Shown: positions 27,708-42,868 of the stretch, piece after piece
Layout of the letters: every line of letters begins with the position of its first letter
Position numbering within the stretch: the stretch's first letter is position 1
Assembly: GCA_964653485.1 (NCBI GenBank)
Contig: CAZZFF010000013.1
Location: 1,589 to 65,588 of the forward strand
Origin: an uncultured Verrucomicrobiota bacterium
GTDB taxonomy: Bacteria; Verrucomicrobiota; Verrucomicrobiia; Limisphaerales; UBA8199
DNA length: 64,000 nucleotides
Direction of reading: 5' to 3'
The notes under the pieces: generated by a model
Told to the model about the DNA's origin: nothing
The model's input: only the letters and a program-made list of their open reading frames with translations
The model's database searches: none
Translations under genes and position numbers: made by a program

Positions 27708-30700
27708 ATGTTGCAACGCATCATAGATTTCTCGCTCAAGAACAGGTTCATCATCCTTCTCGGGACGATCGGGCTGGCAGTGGGTGGAGTTTACGCGCTC
27801 AAGAACATCCCGCTGGACGCCATTCCCGACCTCTCGGACGTGCAGGTGATTGTCTATACCGAGTGGCCCGGCCAGGCGCCTCAGATCGTCCAGGACCAGG
27901 TCACCTATCCGCTCACCACCAAGATGCTCTCGGTGCCCAAGGCGAAGGTCGTGCGGGGCTACTCCTTCTACGGTTTTTCGTTCGTGTATGTCATTTTTGA
28001 AGACGGCACCGATCCCTATTGGGCGCGCAGCCGCGTGCTAGAATATCTGAGCGGCCTCAGCGGACGCCTGCCCGCGGGCGTGTCGCCCAGCCTCGGACCG
28101 GACGCAACCGGCGCCGGTTGGGCGTTCATGTATTCCCTCAACTCCACCAACCACGATTTGGCCGAACTGCGCTCCATGCAGGACTGGTACCTGCGTTATC
28201 AACTGGCCTCAGTCGAGGGCGTATCGGAGGTCGCGTCGGTCGGAGGGTTCGTCAAACAGTACCAGATCACGGCGGACCCAGCCAAGCTGCGCGCCTACAA
28301 CCTGTCGATTTCCGAGGTGGCCATGGCGGTCAAACGCAGCAATGGCGAAGTGGGTGGACGTTCCATCGAACTCTCGGAGAAGGAGTTCATGCTACGCGTC
28401 CGCGGTTACATCCGGAATCTGGAGGACCTGCGCAAAATTGCCGTGGGTGTCGGCGACAAAGGGGTGCCGATCCTCCTGCGACAGGTGGCCAACGTGGAAT
28501 TTGGCCCGGACATGCGGCGCGGCATCGCCGAACTCAACGGCGAGGGCGAGACCGTGGGCGGCGTCGTCGTCGTGCGTTACGGGGCCAACGCCCGGCAAGT
28601 CATCCTGGATGTGAAGAAGAAGCTCGACCTCGCGATGAAGGGGCTGCCCGCGGACGTGAAGTACAGCGTTGCCTACGACCGCAGCGCGCTCATCAACCGC
28701 GCAGTCAAAACCCTCGAAGAAAAGCTCATCGAGGAAAGCATCGTGGTGGCGCTGGTCTGCATCGCCTTCCTCATGCACCTGCGCAGCGCCTTTGTGGCCA
28801 TCCTGATTTTGCCCATCGCTGTGCTCATGGCCTTCCTCGTCATGTTCGGCCAGGGGCTCAGTTCCAACATTATGTCCTTGGGCGGTATCGCCATCGCGAT
28901 CGGCGCCATGGTGGATGCCGTGATCATCATGATCGAGAACGCGCATAAACACATGGAGCGCGACCAGGGCAAGAAATCTCACTGGGACATCATCCGTGAC
29001 GCCGCCGTCGAGGTCGGCCCCACGCTCTTTTATTCCCTGCTGGTCATCACCGTCTCTTTCCTGCCGGTGTTCACCCTCCAGGCGCAGGAGGGCCGCATGT
29101 TCAAACCGCTGGCGTTCACCAAGACCTACTCCATGGGTGCGGCCGCGCTCCTTTCCATCACCCTGGCCCCGGTCCTCATGGGCCTGTTCATCCGCGGTAA
29201 AATCCCGGCGGAGGAGAAAAACCCCATCAACCGCGTGCTCGTGTGGCTTTACCATCCGGTGATTGATTTCGTCATCAAAAGGCGCTGGCTCGTGGTCTCT
29301 GGGGCGGCGGCGCTCGTCGTGTGGGTCTTCTTCCCCTGGAATAACCTCGTGGCCCGAATGTTGCCTGACGGCAAGGCCAAGGAGTGGGCCTTCAAAGCCG
29401 GCAAGATATTTCCCTATCAGAACATCGGGTCCGAGTTCATGCCGCCACTTTATGAAGGGGACTTGCTCTACATGCCCACCACTTTCCCCGGCGTCTCGCC
29501 CACAAAGGCACGCGAACTTCTCCAGACCACTGACCGCATCATCCGCCGCTTTCCGGAGGTGCATCACGTTTTCGGCAAAGTCGGGCGCGTCGAGAGCGCC
29601 ACCGACCCGGCTCCCTTCGACATGATCGAAACCACGATCATGCTCAAGCCCGAAGGAGAATGGCCGGTGGCGGACATCAAGAACGAGTCGGGCAAGACCA
29701 TCACCCGAAGACGCCGCACGCCTGACGAGCTCATCGACGCGATGAATGCCGCCGTTCAAATCCCGGGCCTGAATAACGCCTGGACCATGCCCATCAAGAC
29801 TCGCATCGACATGCTGGCCACGGGAATCAAGACCCCCGTCGGTATCAAGGTCGCAGGGCCTGACCTTGCCGAATTGGAGCGTGTGGCCTCGGAGATTGAG
29901 GCGGTGGTGAAGACGGTCCCCGGCACGCTAAGCGCCTTTGCCGAACGGACAATGGGCGGCAATTACATCCAGTTTGACATCGACCGCGATGCCATCGCCC
30001 GCTACGGCTTGACCATCGGCGATGTCCAGGACGTCCTCGAGGTCGCCCTGGGCGGCATGCCCTTAACCACCACGGTCGAGGGTCTCGAGCGCTACGCTGT
30101 CAACCTCCGCTACAGCCGTGATTTCCGGGAAAGCCTTGGCGCGTTGCGGGAAATCGTCGTGCCTACCTCCACCGGCGCCCAAATCCCGCTGGGTCAACTC
30201 GCAAAAATCGAGACCGTCCATGCCCCGATGGGAGTCAAGAGCGAGGGCGCAATCCCGAACGCCTGGATTTATGTGGATGTCAAGGGTGTGGACCTCGGCA
30301 CCTACGTCCAAATGGCTATGCGGGCGGTGAACGAGGCCGTCGCCAAGCACACCATCAATCTGCCCGGCGGCTACAACATTTTCTGGAGCGGCCAGTACGA
30401 ATACATGCTCCGCGCCCAGGAGCGGCTCATCATTGTCGTGCCGCTCACGCTCCTGCTGATCGTCCTTATCATTTATCTGAACACGCGCTCGGCCATCAAG
30501 ACCGCCGTCGTTTTGCTGGCGGTGCCGTTCTCCCTCGTGGGCGCCATCGGCATCGTCGCCCTCCTCCACTACGAATTCAGCGTCGCCGTGTGGATCGGCA
30601 TCATCGCCTTGGCCGGCCTCGACGCCGAGACCGGGGTGGTGATGCTCCTCTATCTTGACCTGGCATACGAGGATTGGAAACAGAAGGGCCTGATGCGCAA

Positions 30701-30995
30701 CCCAGGCGACTTGCGGGATGCTATTTATCACGGGGCCGTCAAGCGCGTCCGTCCCAAAGCCATGACCGCCTGCGTCATCATCGCCGGCCTGGCGCCAATT
30801 CTCTGGAGCCACGGCACCGGCGCTGACGTGATGAAACGAATCGCCACCCCCATGGTCGGCGGTGTCGTTACCTCGACCATCATGGAACTGCTCGTTTATC
30901 CGGCCATCTACTATCTGTGGCGGTCCCGGGCTCTCAAACGCTCGCCGGGATCGGCTCCGGCGCTTGCCCAGGCACTCCCGGCTTCCGGCCAATGA
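27708..30995 (+). CDS. cusA: CusA/CzcA-family heavy-metal efflux RND permease
   Basis: ATG at 27708 gives MLQRIIDFSLKNRFIILLGT. About 1095 aa with 12-TM RND architecture. Family-typical segments include IPDLSDVQVIVYTEWPGQAPQ and AIGAMVDAVIIMIENAHKH. Confidence 0.95.
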   Translation: MLQRIIDFSLKNRFIILLGTIGLAVGGVYALKNIPLDAIPDLSDVQVIVYTEWPGQAPQIVQDQVTYPLTTKMLSVPKAKVVRGYSFYGFSFVYVIFEDGTDPYWARSRVLEYLSGLSGRLPAGVSPSLGPDATGAGWAFMYSLNSTNHDLAELRSMQDWYLRYQLASVEGVSEVASVGGFVKQYQITADPAKLRAYNLSISEVAMAVKRSNGEVGGRSIELSEKEFMLRVRGYIRNLEDLRKIAVGVGDKGVPILLRQVANVEFGPDMRRGIAELNGEGETVGGVVVVRYGANARQVILDVKKKLDLAMKGLPADVKYSVAYDRSALINRAVKTLEEKLIEESIVVALVCIAFLMHLRSAFVAILILPIAVLMAFLVMFGQGLSSNIMSLGGIAIAIGAMVDAVIIMIENAHKHMERDQGKKSHWDIIRDAAVEVGPTLFYSLLVITVSFLPVFTLQAQEGRMFKPLAFTKTYSMGAAALLSITLAPVLMGLFIRGKIPAEEKNPINRVLVWLYHPVIDFVIKRRWLVVSGAAALVVWVFFPWNNLVARMLPDGKAKEWAFKAGKIFPYQNIGSEFMPPLYEGDLLYMPTTFPGVSPTKARELLQTTDRIIRRFPEVHHVFGKVGRVESATDPAPFDMIETTIMLKPEGEWPVADIKNESGKTITRRRRTPDELIDAMNAAVQIPGLNNAWTMPIKTRIDMLATGIKTPVGIKVAGPDLAELERVASEIEAVVKTVPGTLSAFAERTMGGNYIQFDIDRDAIARYGLTIGDVQDVLEVALGGMPLTTTVEGLERYAVNLRYSRDFRESLGALREIVVPTSTGAQIPLGQLAKIETVHAPMGVKSEGAIPNAWIYVDVKGVDLGTYVQMAMRAVNEAVAKHTINLPGGYNIFWSGQYEYMLRAQERLIIVVPLTLLLIVLIIYLNTRSAIKTAVVLLAVPFSLVGAIGIVALLHYEFSVAVWIGIIALAGLDAETGVVMLLYLDLAYEDWKQKGLMRNPGDLRDAIYHGAVKRVRPKAMTACVIIAGLAPILWSHGTGADVMKRIATPMVGGVVTSTIMELLVYPAIYYLWRSRALKRSPGSAPALAQALPASGQ

Positions 30996-31071
30996 GACCG
31001 TGGCGGCCCCTGGCGGACTTGAAATATCGTGAGGGGTTCAGCGCGGTGCGGTAAAAGCTCCGGACTGGAGC

Positions 31072-32400
31072 CTAGGGAACGGGAGCGATGCCATCCAATG
31101 ATGAGCCGCTTTGGCTTGACGCGGTTGATAGAGTTCGCCGTCTCGTACACCACCAAATCCCGGCTGCGATCATGCAGGTGATTCCCATGAAAAGCACCTC
31201 CCGCAGACGGAGTTGGGTGAGCAGTACGACACAAAACGTGATCCCCAAAGCGCTGAATGCCGAGCCGAAGGGCAAGCGGAAAGCCACCCTCGACGGCTGA
31301 TCGTGACGCAGACGCACAAGAGCGGCGCAGATGGCGCCGTCGAAAACAATCGTAGCGCCGGCACTCAGCATCACGGTCCAGCGGAATGTGCCGGTCACCG
31401 CCAGAAGCCACGCCAGCGCCGCAAACAGGACCACGGACCAATGCGGGGTGTTGAAGCGCCTATGCAAACGGCTGAACATGCGAGGGAACTCACCACGCTC
31501 CGCTAGGGAATAAAGAAACCGTGGTGCGTTCAGCATCGTAGCGGAGATGCAGCCGTAGGTGGAGAGCATCGCGGCGATTCCGACGAACGCCGCACCGAGG
31601 CGCCCCATGAGCCGTGCCGCGGTCGTTGCCAGCGCGCGGTCTGTCTGCGCGGTGCCGATCGTGGCGACGATCACAAACTGCAACAGCGTGTAGAGCACGA
31701 TGCAAACCGTCAAACCAGCCACAAGGGAGAACGGAATTGCGCGCCTCGGGTCCTTGAACTCGCCCGCCGGCATCATCGCGTCCTCAAAACCCCCGTATGC
31801 GAAGGCTAACAGCAGCAGCGCGTTCGCCCACGCCGCCCATCCGGGAGCGGCAATCTCGGAGGCCCGCATGATTTCCGCATGACGACTGAACTGCAGGAGT
31901 CCCAACAGGACCAAAGCCGTGAGTGGAAGCAGTTTGGCAACGGTGAAAAAATCGCTCAGGGCCGCGCCCCTTCGCACCCCGACGTAATTCGCCGCCGCTG
32001 GGATGGAGACCACGCCGGCAAGCACCAGCACACGCTGCCAGCCATGCGCCGTCCACGGTGCGAAGCCGGCCAGGTAAAGCGAAAACAGATTCGCATTGGC
32101 GGCGGCGGAGGCCATTATCGACAGAAACCAGAACCAGCCCACTTGCAGACCCACCAGCCGTCCAAAGGAGGCGCGAGCATAAAGGTAAACTCCGCCGGGT
32201 TCGGAAAACTGCGACCCAACCTCGGCGAAACAGAGCAGGATCACCCCCATGCCCAGGCCCGCGATGATCATGGCAATTGGGCTGGCTCGGCCGACGGCGC
32301 CGATCAGTTCGCCCGGCACACCGAAAATGCCGCTGCCGATGATGCAGTTGATTACCAGTGCCGTAAGGCTCCAGCGACCGATGGACCGAACAAGTCCCAT
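31072..32400 (-). CDS. APC-family amino-acid permease
   Basis: 442-aa polytopic ORF. The N-terminal motif LTALVINCIIGSGIFGVPGE is typical of the APC superfamily. Confidence 0.85.
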   Translation of the reverse strand: MGLVRSIGRWSLTALVINCIIGSGIFGVPGELIGAVGRASPIAMIIAGLGMGVILLCFAEVGSQFSEPGGVYLYARASFGRLVGLQVGWFWFLSIMASAAANANLFSLYLAGFAPWTAHGWQRVLVLAGVVSIPAAANYVGVRRGAALSDFFTVAKLLPLTALVLLGLLQFSRHAEIMRASEIAAPGWAAWANALLLLAFAYGGFEDAMMPAGEFKDPRRAIPFSLVAGLTVCIVLYTLLQFVIVATIGTAQTDRALATTAARLMGRLGAAFVGIAAMLSTYGCISATMLNAPRFLYSLAERGEFPRMFSRLHRRFNTPHWSVVLFAALAWLLAVTGTFRWTVMLSAGATIVFDGAICAALVRLRHDQPSRVAFRLPFGSAFSALGITFCVVLLTQLRLREVLFMGITCMIAAGIWWCTRRRTLSTASSQSGSSLDGIAPVP

Positions 32401-32662
32401 AATCTCAGTGCCAGTCCTCCAAGTGCGATTCCTCTAAACCGTCGTGACATTCATCAGCTACTCGAATGTATAATAACATGCGTCCTTACAGGGTCAAGCG
32501 CCGGAAGGACGGCGCGTCAAGACGGGGTAGGGGCCGTCCGCAAGGACGGTCCCCCACGCATTAGGTGTGGAGAAAAGACGCCCTGGGCACGAGGTCAGCG
32601 TGCGGCAGGATGGGTCGGGTGCTGGGTCAGGGTCCAGTTGGAGATGTCAACGTCGCCGGCGC

Positions 32663-32761
32663 CTATTTGAAAAGCTGCTGGGCGAACCAGTATAAACTGT
32701 TCTTCCAATGTTTGAAGTCGTGGGCGTTGTCATCCACGCGCCAAATATGCGGGACGTTCTT
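32663..32761 (-). pseudogene. C-terminal remnant of a CE1-type esterase domain (frame-shifted relative to upstream ORF)
   Basis: Own translation: EKNVPHIWRVDDNAHDFKHWKNSLYWFAQQLFK*. It parallels the end of the intact esterase domain in the adjacent gene ([20 protein letters not shown]). Confidence 0.45.
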
Positions 32762-32763
32762 CT

Positions 32764-38216
<5,453 letters not shown>

Positions 38217-38234
38217 TGGATGCTTCGCTTTAGC

Positions 38235-40592
38235 TCACTCTTCGACTGTCAAAATCGTCCTTTGCAAATCCTCATCCCGCGAGGAAGTGCCGACCATAAC
38301 CTCGAACTCGCCTGGTTCGACGACATAGTTCATGTCCAAGTCATAAAACGCCAGAGACTTCGGTGTGATGTCGAAGATAACGGTCTTGGTTTCGCCGGGT
38401 TGTAACCTGACCTTCTGGAAGCCCTTCAGTTCCTTGACGGGGCGCGTGACCGAGCTGACCAAATCCCGGACATAGAGTTGCGCCACCTCCGTCCCGGCGC
38501 GCCGCCCGGTGTTCGTCACATCCACCAATACGCGCGTCGAACCTTTGCGGGCGATAGTCTTCTTTTTCAGCCGGAGGTTTTCCAGCTTGAAGGTGGTATA
38601 ACCAAGCCCGAAGCCAAACGGGAACAGCGGCGAAACATCATCCCAGAGGTACCCGCGCCGTGCGGACGGTTTGTGGTTGTAGAAGACCGGCAGATGGCCA
38701 ACTGAACGCGGGATGGAGATGGGCAGCTTGCCGCCGGGGTTCACGTCGCCGAACAGCACGTCCGCCACGGCCCGGCCACATTCCTGACCGAGGTACCAGC
38801 ACTCGAAAATCACGGGCACTTTTTTCGCCAGGTGGCTAATCGAAAGCGGACGGCCATTGAACAGCAACGCGATTACGGGTTTGCCTGTACTCAACATCGC
38901 GTCCACCAATTCGTCCTGGCGTCCGACGAGGTCCAGGCTCGCGCGATCCCCCATGTGCTTAAGTCCCCACGCCTCGCGCGAGGTCTGCTCGTTGCCGCCA
39001 ATGGCCAGCACAATCACGTCGGCCTGCTTCGCGATCTTCAGCGCTTGCTTGACCTGCTTCCGGTCCTCCGCCGGATCGCTGGCGATCACTGCATCCCGCT
39101 GCCAGGAGCCGTCCTGGGTGATCTTGCAGCCCTCGGCATAGAGGACCTTCACGCGGTCGCCCACCTTGGCCTGGATCCCGTCGAGCACCGTGACTTTGTG
39201 CTTGGGCGCGCCGCTGTAGCCGCCGAGGAGCGGACGATGGGCGTTGGGCCCGATGACGGCAATGGTCTTGAGCTTCGACGGATCGAGCGGCGCGAGGTTG
39301 CCCTCGTTTTTGAGCAGCGTGATGGTCTCGCGGGCGGCTTCGAGCGCGAGTTGGCGGTGTTCGTCGCAGCCCACCACGCGGTCCGCCTCGTCAGGATCCA
39401 CATACGGATCGTCGAACAGCCCCATCTGGAATTTCCAGTGGAGCATCGGCGCGACGAGATCGTCGAGCTGCTTTTCTTTGAGCTTACCCTTGCGGACGAG
39501 TTCGACAAGGTGTAGGTAGCAATCCGGCTCCGGCAGTTCGATGTTCACGCCCGCCTCTACGGCGAGGCGGCAGGCCTCTTGCTTGTCCTTGGCCACAAAA
39601 TGGCCGTGCGTGCCGGGCCGGTAGCTGAGCTCCCAGATGGCGTAGTAATCCGAAACCACGAACCCCTTGAAGCCCCATTCCTTCCGCAGCAGCTCGCGCA
39701 ACAGCCATTTGCTGGCGTGCGACGGAACGCCGTCAATTTCGTTGTAGCTGGCCATCACGCTGACGGCGCCGGCTTCGCGGATCACCTCACGGAACGGTTG
39801 GAGGAAGGTCTCCCGCAGCACGCGTTCCGAGACGTTCGCCGGCGCGCAGTTCTGTCCCGACTCCGGCTGCCCGTGAGCGGCAAAGTGCTTCAGCGTGGCC
39901 ATGACGCGCCGCTTGTCGCGAAACGTGGCGTCGCCTTGGAACCCGCGCACCGCGGCGATTCCCAGTCGTGTGTTCAGGTAGGGATCCTCCCCATAGGTCT
40001 CCTCCACGCGGCCCCAGCGCGGATCGCGCGCCACATCCACCACCGGCGTGAGTGCCTGATGCGTGCCACGCACGCGTGCCTCGTAGGCGGCCATGGCAAA
40101 AAGCTGCTCGACCAAGGCCGGATTGAACGTGGCGCCCAAACCGATGGGCTGGGGGAAACTCGTGGCGTCGCGGGCCGCATGGCCGTGCAGGCATTCCTCG
40201 TGGAAGACAACCGGGATGCCGAGGCGCGAGGTTTCGAGGAAAAACCTCTCAATGGCGTTGGTCAGTTCAGCCATTTGTCGCGCCGTGCGTCCCATCCATG
40301 GCGCGGCGGTCGGCGCGCCGGCATCGCTGGGACGCCCCACTTGGCCGAGACCGAGCCCTTTCCTGAAGGCGGCCTTGGCCTTGGCCGGATCGAAATTACC
40401 CTCGGCGTCCACAAGCTTTTGCGCCTTCTCCTGCCAAACGCACGTCATCTGCGCGGCCTTTTCCTCCAGGGTCATGTGCGAGAGCAGATCCTTGACCCGT
40501 TTCTCGGGCGCGAGCGCGGGATTCTTGTAGGCGGGCACACGGGAGGCGGTTGAACCGCCTCGACGGGTGCGGACGGGGGTGGTCCTTTTCAT
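38235..40592 (-). CDS. GH3 beta-glucosidase/beta-xylosidase (BglX-like), no signal peptide
   Basis: 785-aa ORF. GH3 N-terminal core: GIPVVFHEECLHG and DVARDPRWGRVEETYGEDPYL. Nucleophile region: GFVVSDY. C-terminal fibronectin-like domain present. Confidence 0.9.
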   Translation of the reverse strand: MKRTTPVRTRRGGSTASRVPAYKNPALAPEKRVKDLLSHMTLEEKAAQMTCVWQEKAQKLVDAEGNFDPAKAKAAFRKGLGLGQVGRPSDAGAPTAAPWMGRTARQMAELTNAIERFFLETSRLGIPVVFHEECLHGHAARDATSFPQPIGLGATFNPALVEQLFAMAAYEARVRGTHQALTPVVDVARDPRWGRVEETYGEDPYLNTRLGIAAVRGFQGDATFRDKRRVMATLKHFAAHGQPESGQNCAPANVSERVLRETFLQPFREVIREAGAVSVMASYNEIDGVPSHASKWLLRELLRKEWGFKGFVVSDYYAIWELSYRPGTHGHFVAKDKQEACRLAVEAGVNIELPEPDCYLHLVELVRKGKLKEKQLDDLVAPMLHWKFQMGLFDDPYVDPDEADRVVGCDEHRQLALEAARETITLLKNEGNLAPLDPSKLKTIAVIGPNAHRPLLGGYSGAPKHKVTVLDGIQAKVGDRVKVLYAEGCKITQDGSWQRDAVIASDPAEDRKQVKQALKIAKQADVIVLAIGGNEQTSREAWGLKHMGDRASLDLVGRQDELVDAMLSTGKPVIALLFNGRPLSISHLAKKVPVIFECWYLGQECGRAVADVLFGDVNPGGKLPISIPRSVGHLPVFYNHKPSARRGYLWDDVSPLFPFGFGLGYTTFKLENLRLKKKTIARKGSTRVLVDVTNTGRRAGTEVAQLYVRDLVSSVTRPVKELKGFQKVRLQPGETKTVIFDITPKSLAFYDLDMNYVVEPGEFEVMVGTSSRDEDLQRTILTVEE

Positions 40593-40638
40593 TTAGATTC
40601 CTTGGAACCGGTCATCGTGTCCGGCCTGGCGCCGCAGG

Positions 40639-41949
40639 TTACGGTTGCGGTATTAGTTCAATCGCGTTGATTTGCGGGTTCTCGATCTTGGGAGTGAAGG
40701 TCACCTTGATCTTGCCGTCGGTGACTTCGATGGGGACGGTTTCCACATAGGCCTTGAAAGCCCCGGCGGCTTTGACCCAAACGTCGAAGTCTTTGAACTC
40801 GTGCCCCTGCGCATTGAAGGAGAACACACGCTGACCGGGACCAGTAATGCCCTCGAAGGTTTCGGCAAAATGCAGCTTCAGCACGTACTTCCCGTTGGGC
40901 ACCGGCCACGAAAAGGAGTCCATGCTGTAACGTTCCGCCCGGTAGAGGTCCGGACTTTTCGTGTTGGCAATTTGGATGTCGGGCCTTTCAATGGTTTGGC
41001 CGCCCTCGAAGCCTTGGTCCGCCTGCCAGACATTGCCTTCGGCGTCCTTGACCGGCTCGGACTTGCCGGCTTTGATCCGGACCGTCTTCAAGGCGGGCGT
41101 TGCTTGCGGAATGATTTCAATCGCGTTGATTTGCGGGTTCTCGACGTTGGGAATGAAGGTAACCTTGATCGCACCGTTGGTGGCTTCGACGTTGACCGTT
41201 TCCACGTACGCGCGCATAGGCCCGCCGGCTTTGACCCACACGTCGAAGTCCTTGAACTCGTGTCCCTGCACGTTGTAGGAAAACACGCGCTGGCCGGGTC
41301 CAGTAATGCCATCAAACGTTTCGGCGAAGTGCAGTTTCACCACGTACTTTCCGTTGGGCACCGGCCAGGAGAAGGAGTCCATGCTGTAGCGTTCGGCCCG
41401 GTAGAGGTCGGGATTCTTCGTGTTGGCAATCTGGATATCGGGCCTTTCCAGGGTTTGGCCGCCCTCGAAGCCCTGGTCGGCCAGCCAGACATTGCCCTCA
41501 GCGTCTTTGACGGGCTCAGACTTTCCGGCTTTGATCCGGACCGTCTTGGCGGCGGGCGCAGGTTGCGCCGGAGCGGTCGCCGACTCGCGTTTGGCGACGG
41601 CCTCTGTGGTGGCGAAGTCGCCGACCTTACGGGTGAACTTGATCTCGTTGTCCGAAATCTTGCCGGTATAGGTAATGCGCAGGTCGTTGCCCTGGATGTT
41701 GAGTGGCTCGACAAAAGACACGGTGTCGCCTTCGATCTTGCCTTCCTTCAACTCGGATTCGCGTTTCGCGCCATTCACCTCGGCGCTGGCGTTTCCGATA
41801 ACCTTTGTGCCGTCCTGCCGGAGAGTGAAGGTGTACTTCTGCAGGCCGCGCTGCGTGTCGAATTGGGCTTTCCACACCCCGGTGACATCGGCTGCCCAGA
41901 TGGAGCACAGGGAGAGGCCTAGGGTCAGAAGAATAATTCGGGTTTTCAT
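40639..41949 (-). CDS. Secreted protein: uncharacterised N-terminal beta domain plus two tandem malectin-like modules
   Basis: Signal peptide MKTRIILLTLGLSLCSIWA. The two ~145-aa modules (DNA 41107-41541 and 40648-41082) are about 80-85% identical to each other and to the module in the CE1-GH51 gene. Confidence 0.85.
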   Translation of the reverse strand: MKTRIILLTLGLSLCSIWAADVTGVWKAQFDTQRGLQKYTFTLRQDGTKVIGNASAEVNGAKRESELKEGKIEGDTVSFVEPLNIQGNDLRITYTGKISDNEIKFTRKVGDFATTEAVAKRESATAPAQPAPAAKTVRIKAGKSEPVKDAEGNVWLADQGFEGGQTLERPDIQIANTKNPDLYRAERYSMDSFSWPVPNGKYVVKLHFAETFDGITGPGQRVFSYNVQGHEFKDFDVWVKAGGPMRAYVETVNVEATNGAIKVTFIPNVENPQINAIEIIPQATPALKTVRIKAGKSEPVKDAEGNVWQADQGFEGGQTIERPDIQIANTKSPDLYRAERYSMDSFSWPVPNGKYVLKLHFAETFEGITGPGQRVFSFNAQGHEFKDFDVWVKAAGAFKAYVETVPIEVTDGKIKVTFTPKIENPQINAIELIPQP

Positions 41950-42064
41950 GTTCTTGAGAGTCTCGGTTTCACGAATTGTTTGGGGGTTTTTGCGGTCGTT
42001 ATGGTCGTGCGCTAATACTCAAAGATGTGCTCTTCCCAGTGTCAGGTAAAGCCCGCGTTCTTGC

Positions 42065-42085
42065 CAATATGACGTTTATCATATC
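42065..42085. promoter_or_regulatory. 21-bp 7-4-7 palindromic motif, candidate operator (copy 1)
   Basis: + strand CAATATGACGTTTATCATATC. On the gene strand it reads GATATGATAAACGTCATATTG, with half-sites ATATGAT / GTCATAT. It matches the motif at 47629-47649 at 18/21 positions and lies 116 nt upstream of the malectin-gene ATG. Confidence 0.4.
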
Positions 42086-42779
42086 AAGAGGCAGTGGAAG
42101 CGCCCTGGCGCCGGCCGGATGGTTGGCCTGAGAGGTATTTCGCCGCCGCCTCGGTCCGGCAACGGACGTGCAGCTTCTCGTAAATATGAGACAGGTGGAT
42201 ACGCACCGTCCCGGAACTGATGTGTAATTGACTTCCGACTTCCTTGTTTGATCGTCCCTGGGCAACAAGGGCCAGAATCTCCATTTCGCGGGCGGAGAGC
42301 TCCTCCGTCTCCGAACTGTCAGACGGCTCTTCCAAAAATGACCGGACCACCATGCGGGCCACCTGGCTGGTCATCGGCGCGCCTCCCGCGCGCACTTCGG
42401 CAATCGCTTCCAGAATATCCTTTTCGTCAGCGCGCTTGAGCACGTATCCACACGCGCCGACCTTCAGCGCCTGAAAAATCGTCTTGAGGTCCTTGTAAAC
42501 CGTGAGCATGATCACCTGGATGCTTGGCATCAACTCCCGAAGACGGGCTGTGCATGCAATACCCGATTCCCCTGGCAGGTGGATATCCATCAGCACTACA
42601 TCCGGCCGTTGAGCGGGAATTCTTTCCAACGCGTCTTCCGCGGAGGAGCAGGCGCACACGCACCGGTGACCCGGCGTATTGGCAATCATGTCCGAGAGAT
42701 ACTGACGAAACGTCGGATTATCCTCAACGATAGCGACTTTCGTGGTTTCATTTTCATCACTGGACGTTTGATTTGCCAT
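42084..42779 (-). CDS. NarL/LuxR-family response regulator (REC + HTH_LuxR)
   Basis: ATG at 42779. REC domain: VAIVEDNPTF...PDVVLMDIHLPGESGI. HTH: LSAREMEILALVAQGRSNKEVGSQLHISSGTVRIHLSHIYEKLHV. Confidence 0.9.
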   Translation of the reverse strand: MANQTSSDENETTKVAIVEDNPTFRQYLSDMIANTPGHRCVCACSSAEDALERIPAQRPDVVLMDIHLPGESGIACTARLRELMPSIQVIMLTVYKDLKTIFQALKVGACGYVLKRADEKDILEAIAEVRAGGAPMTSQVARMVVRSFLEEPSDSSETEELSAREMEILALVAQGRSNKEVGSQLHISSGTVRIHLSHIYEKLHVRCRTEAAAKYLSGQPSGRRQGASTAS

Positions 42780-42868
42780 ACTGTGGTCTATTTGCAACGC
42801 CGGTAGCGCCATTACTTGACGGCACCCTATGTCGTTTTGGTCTAAGAGCCTATATGCTGAACGTCATA

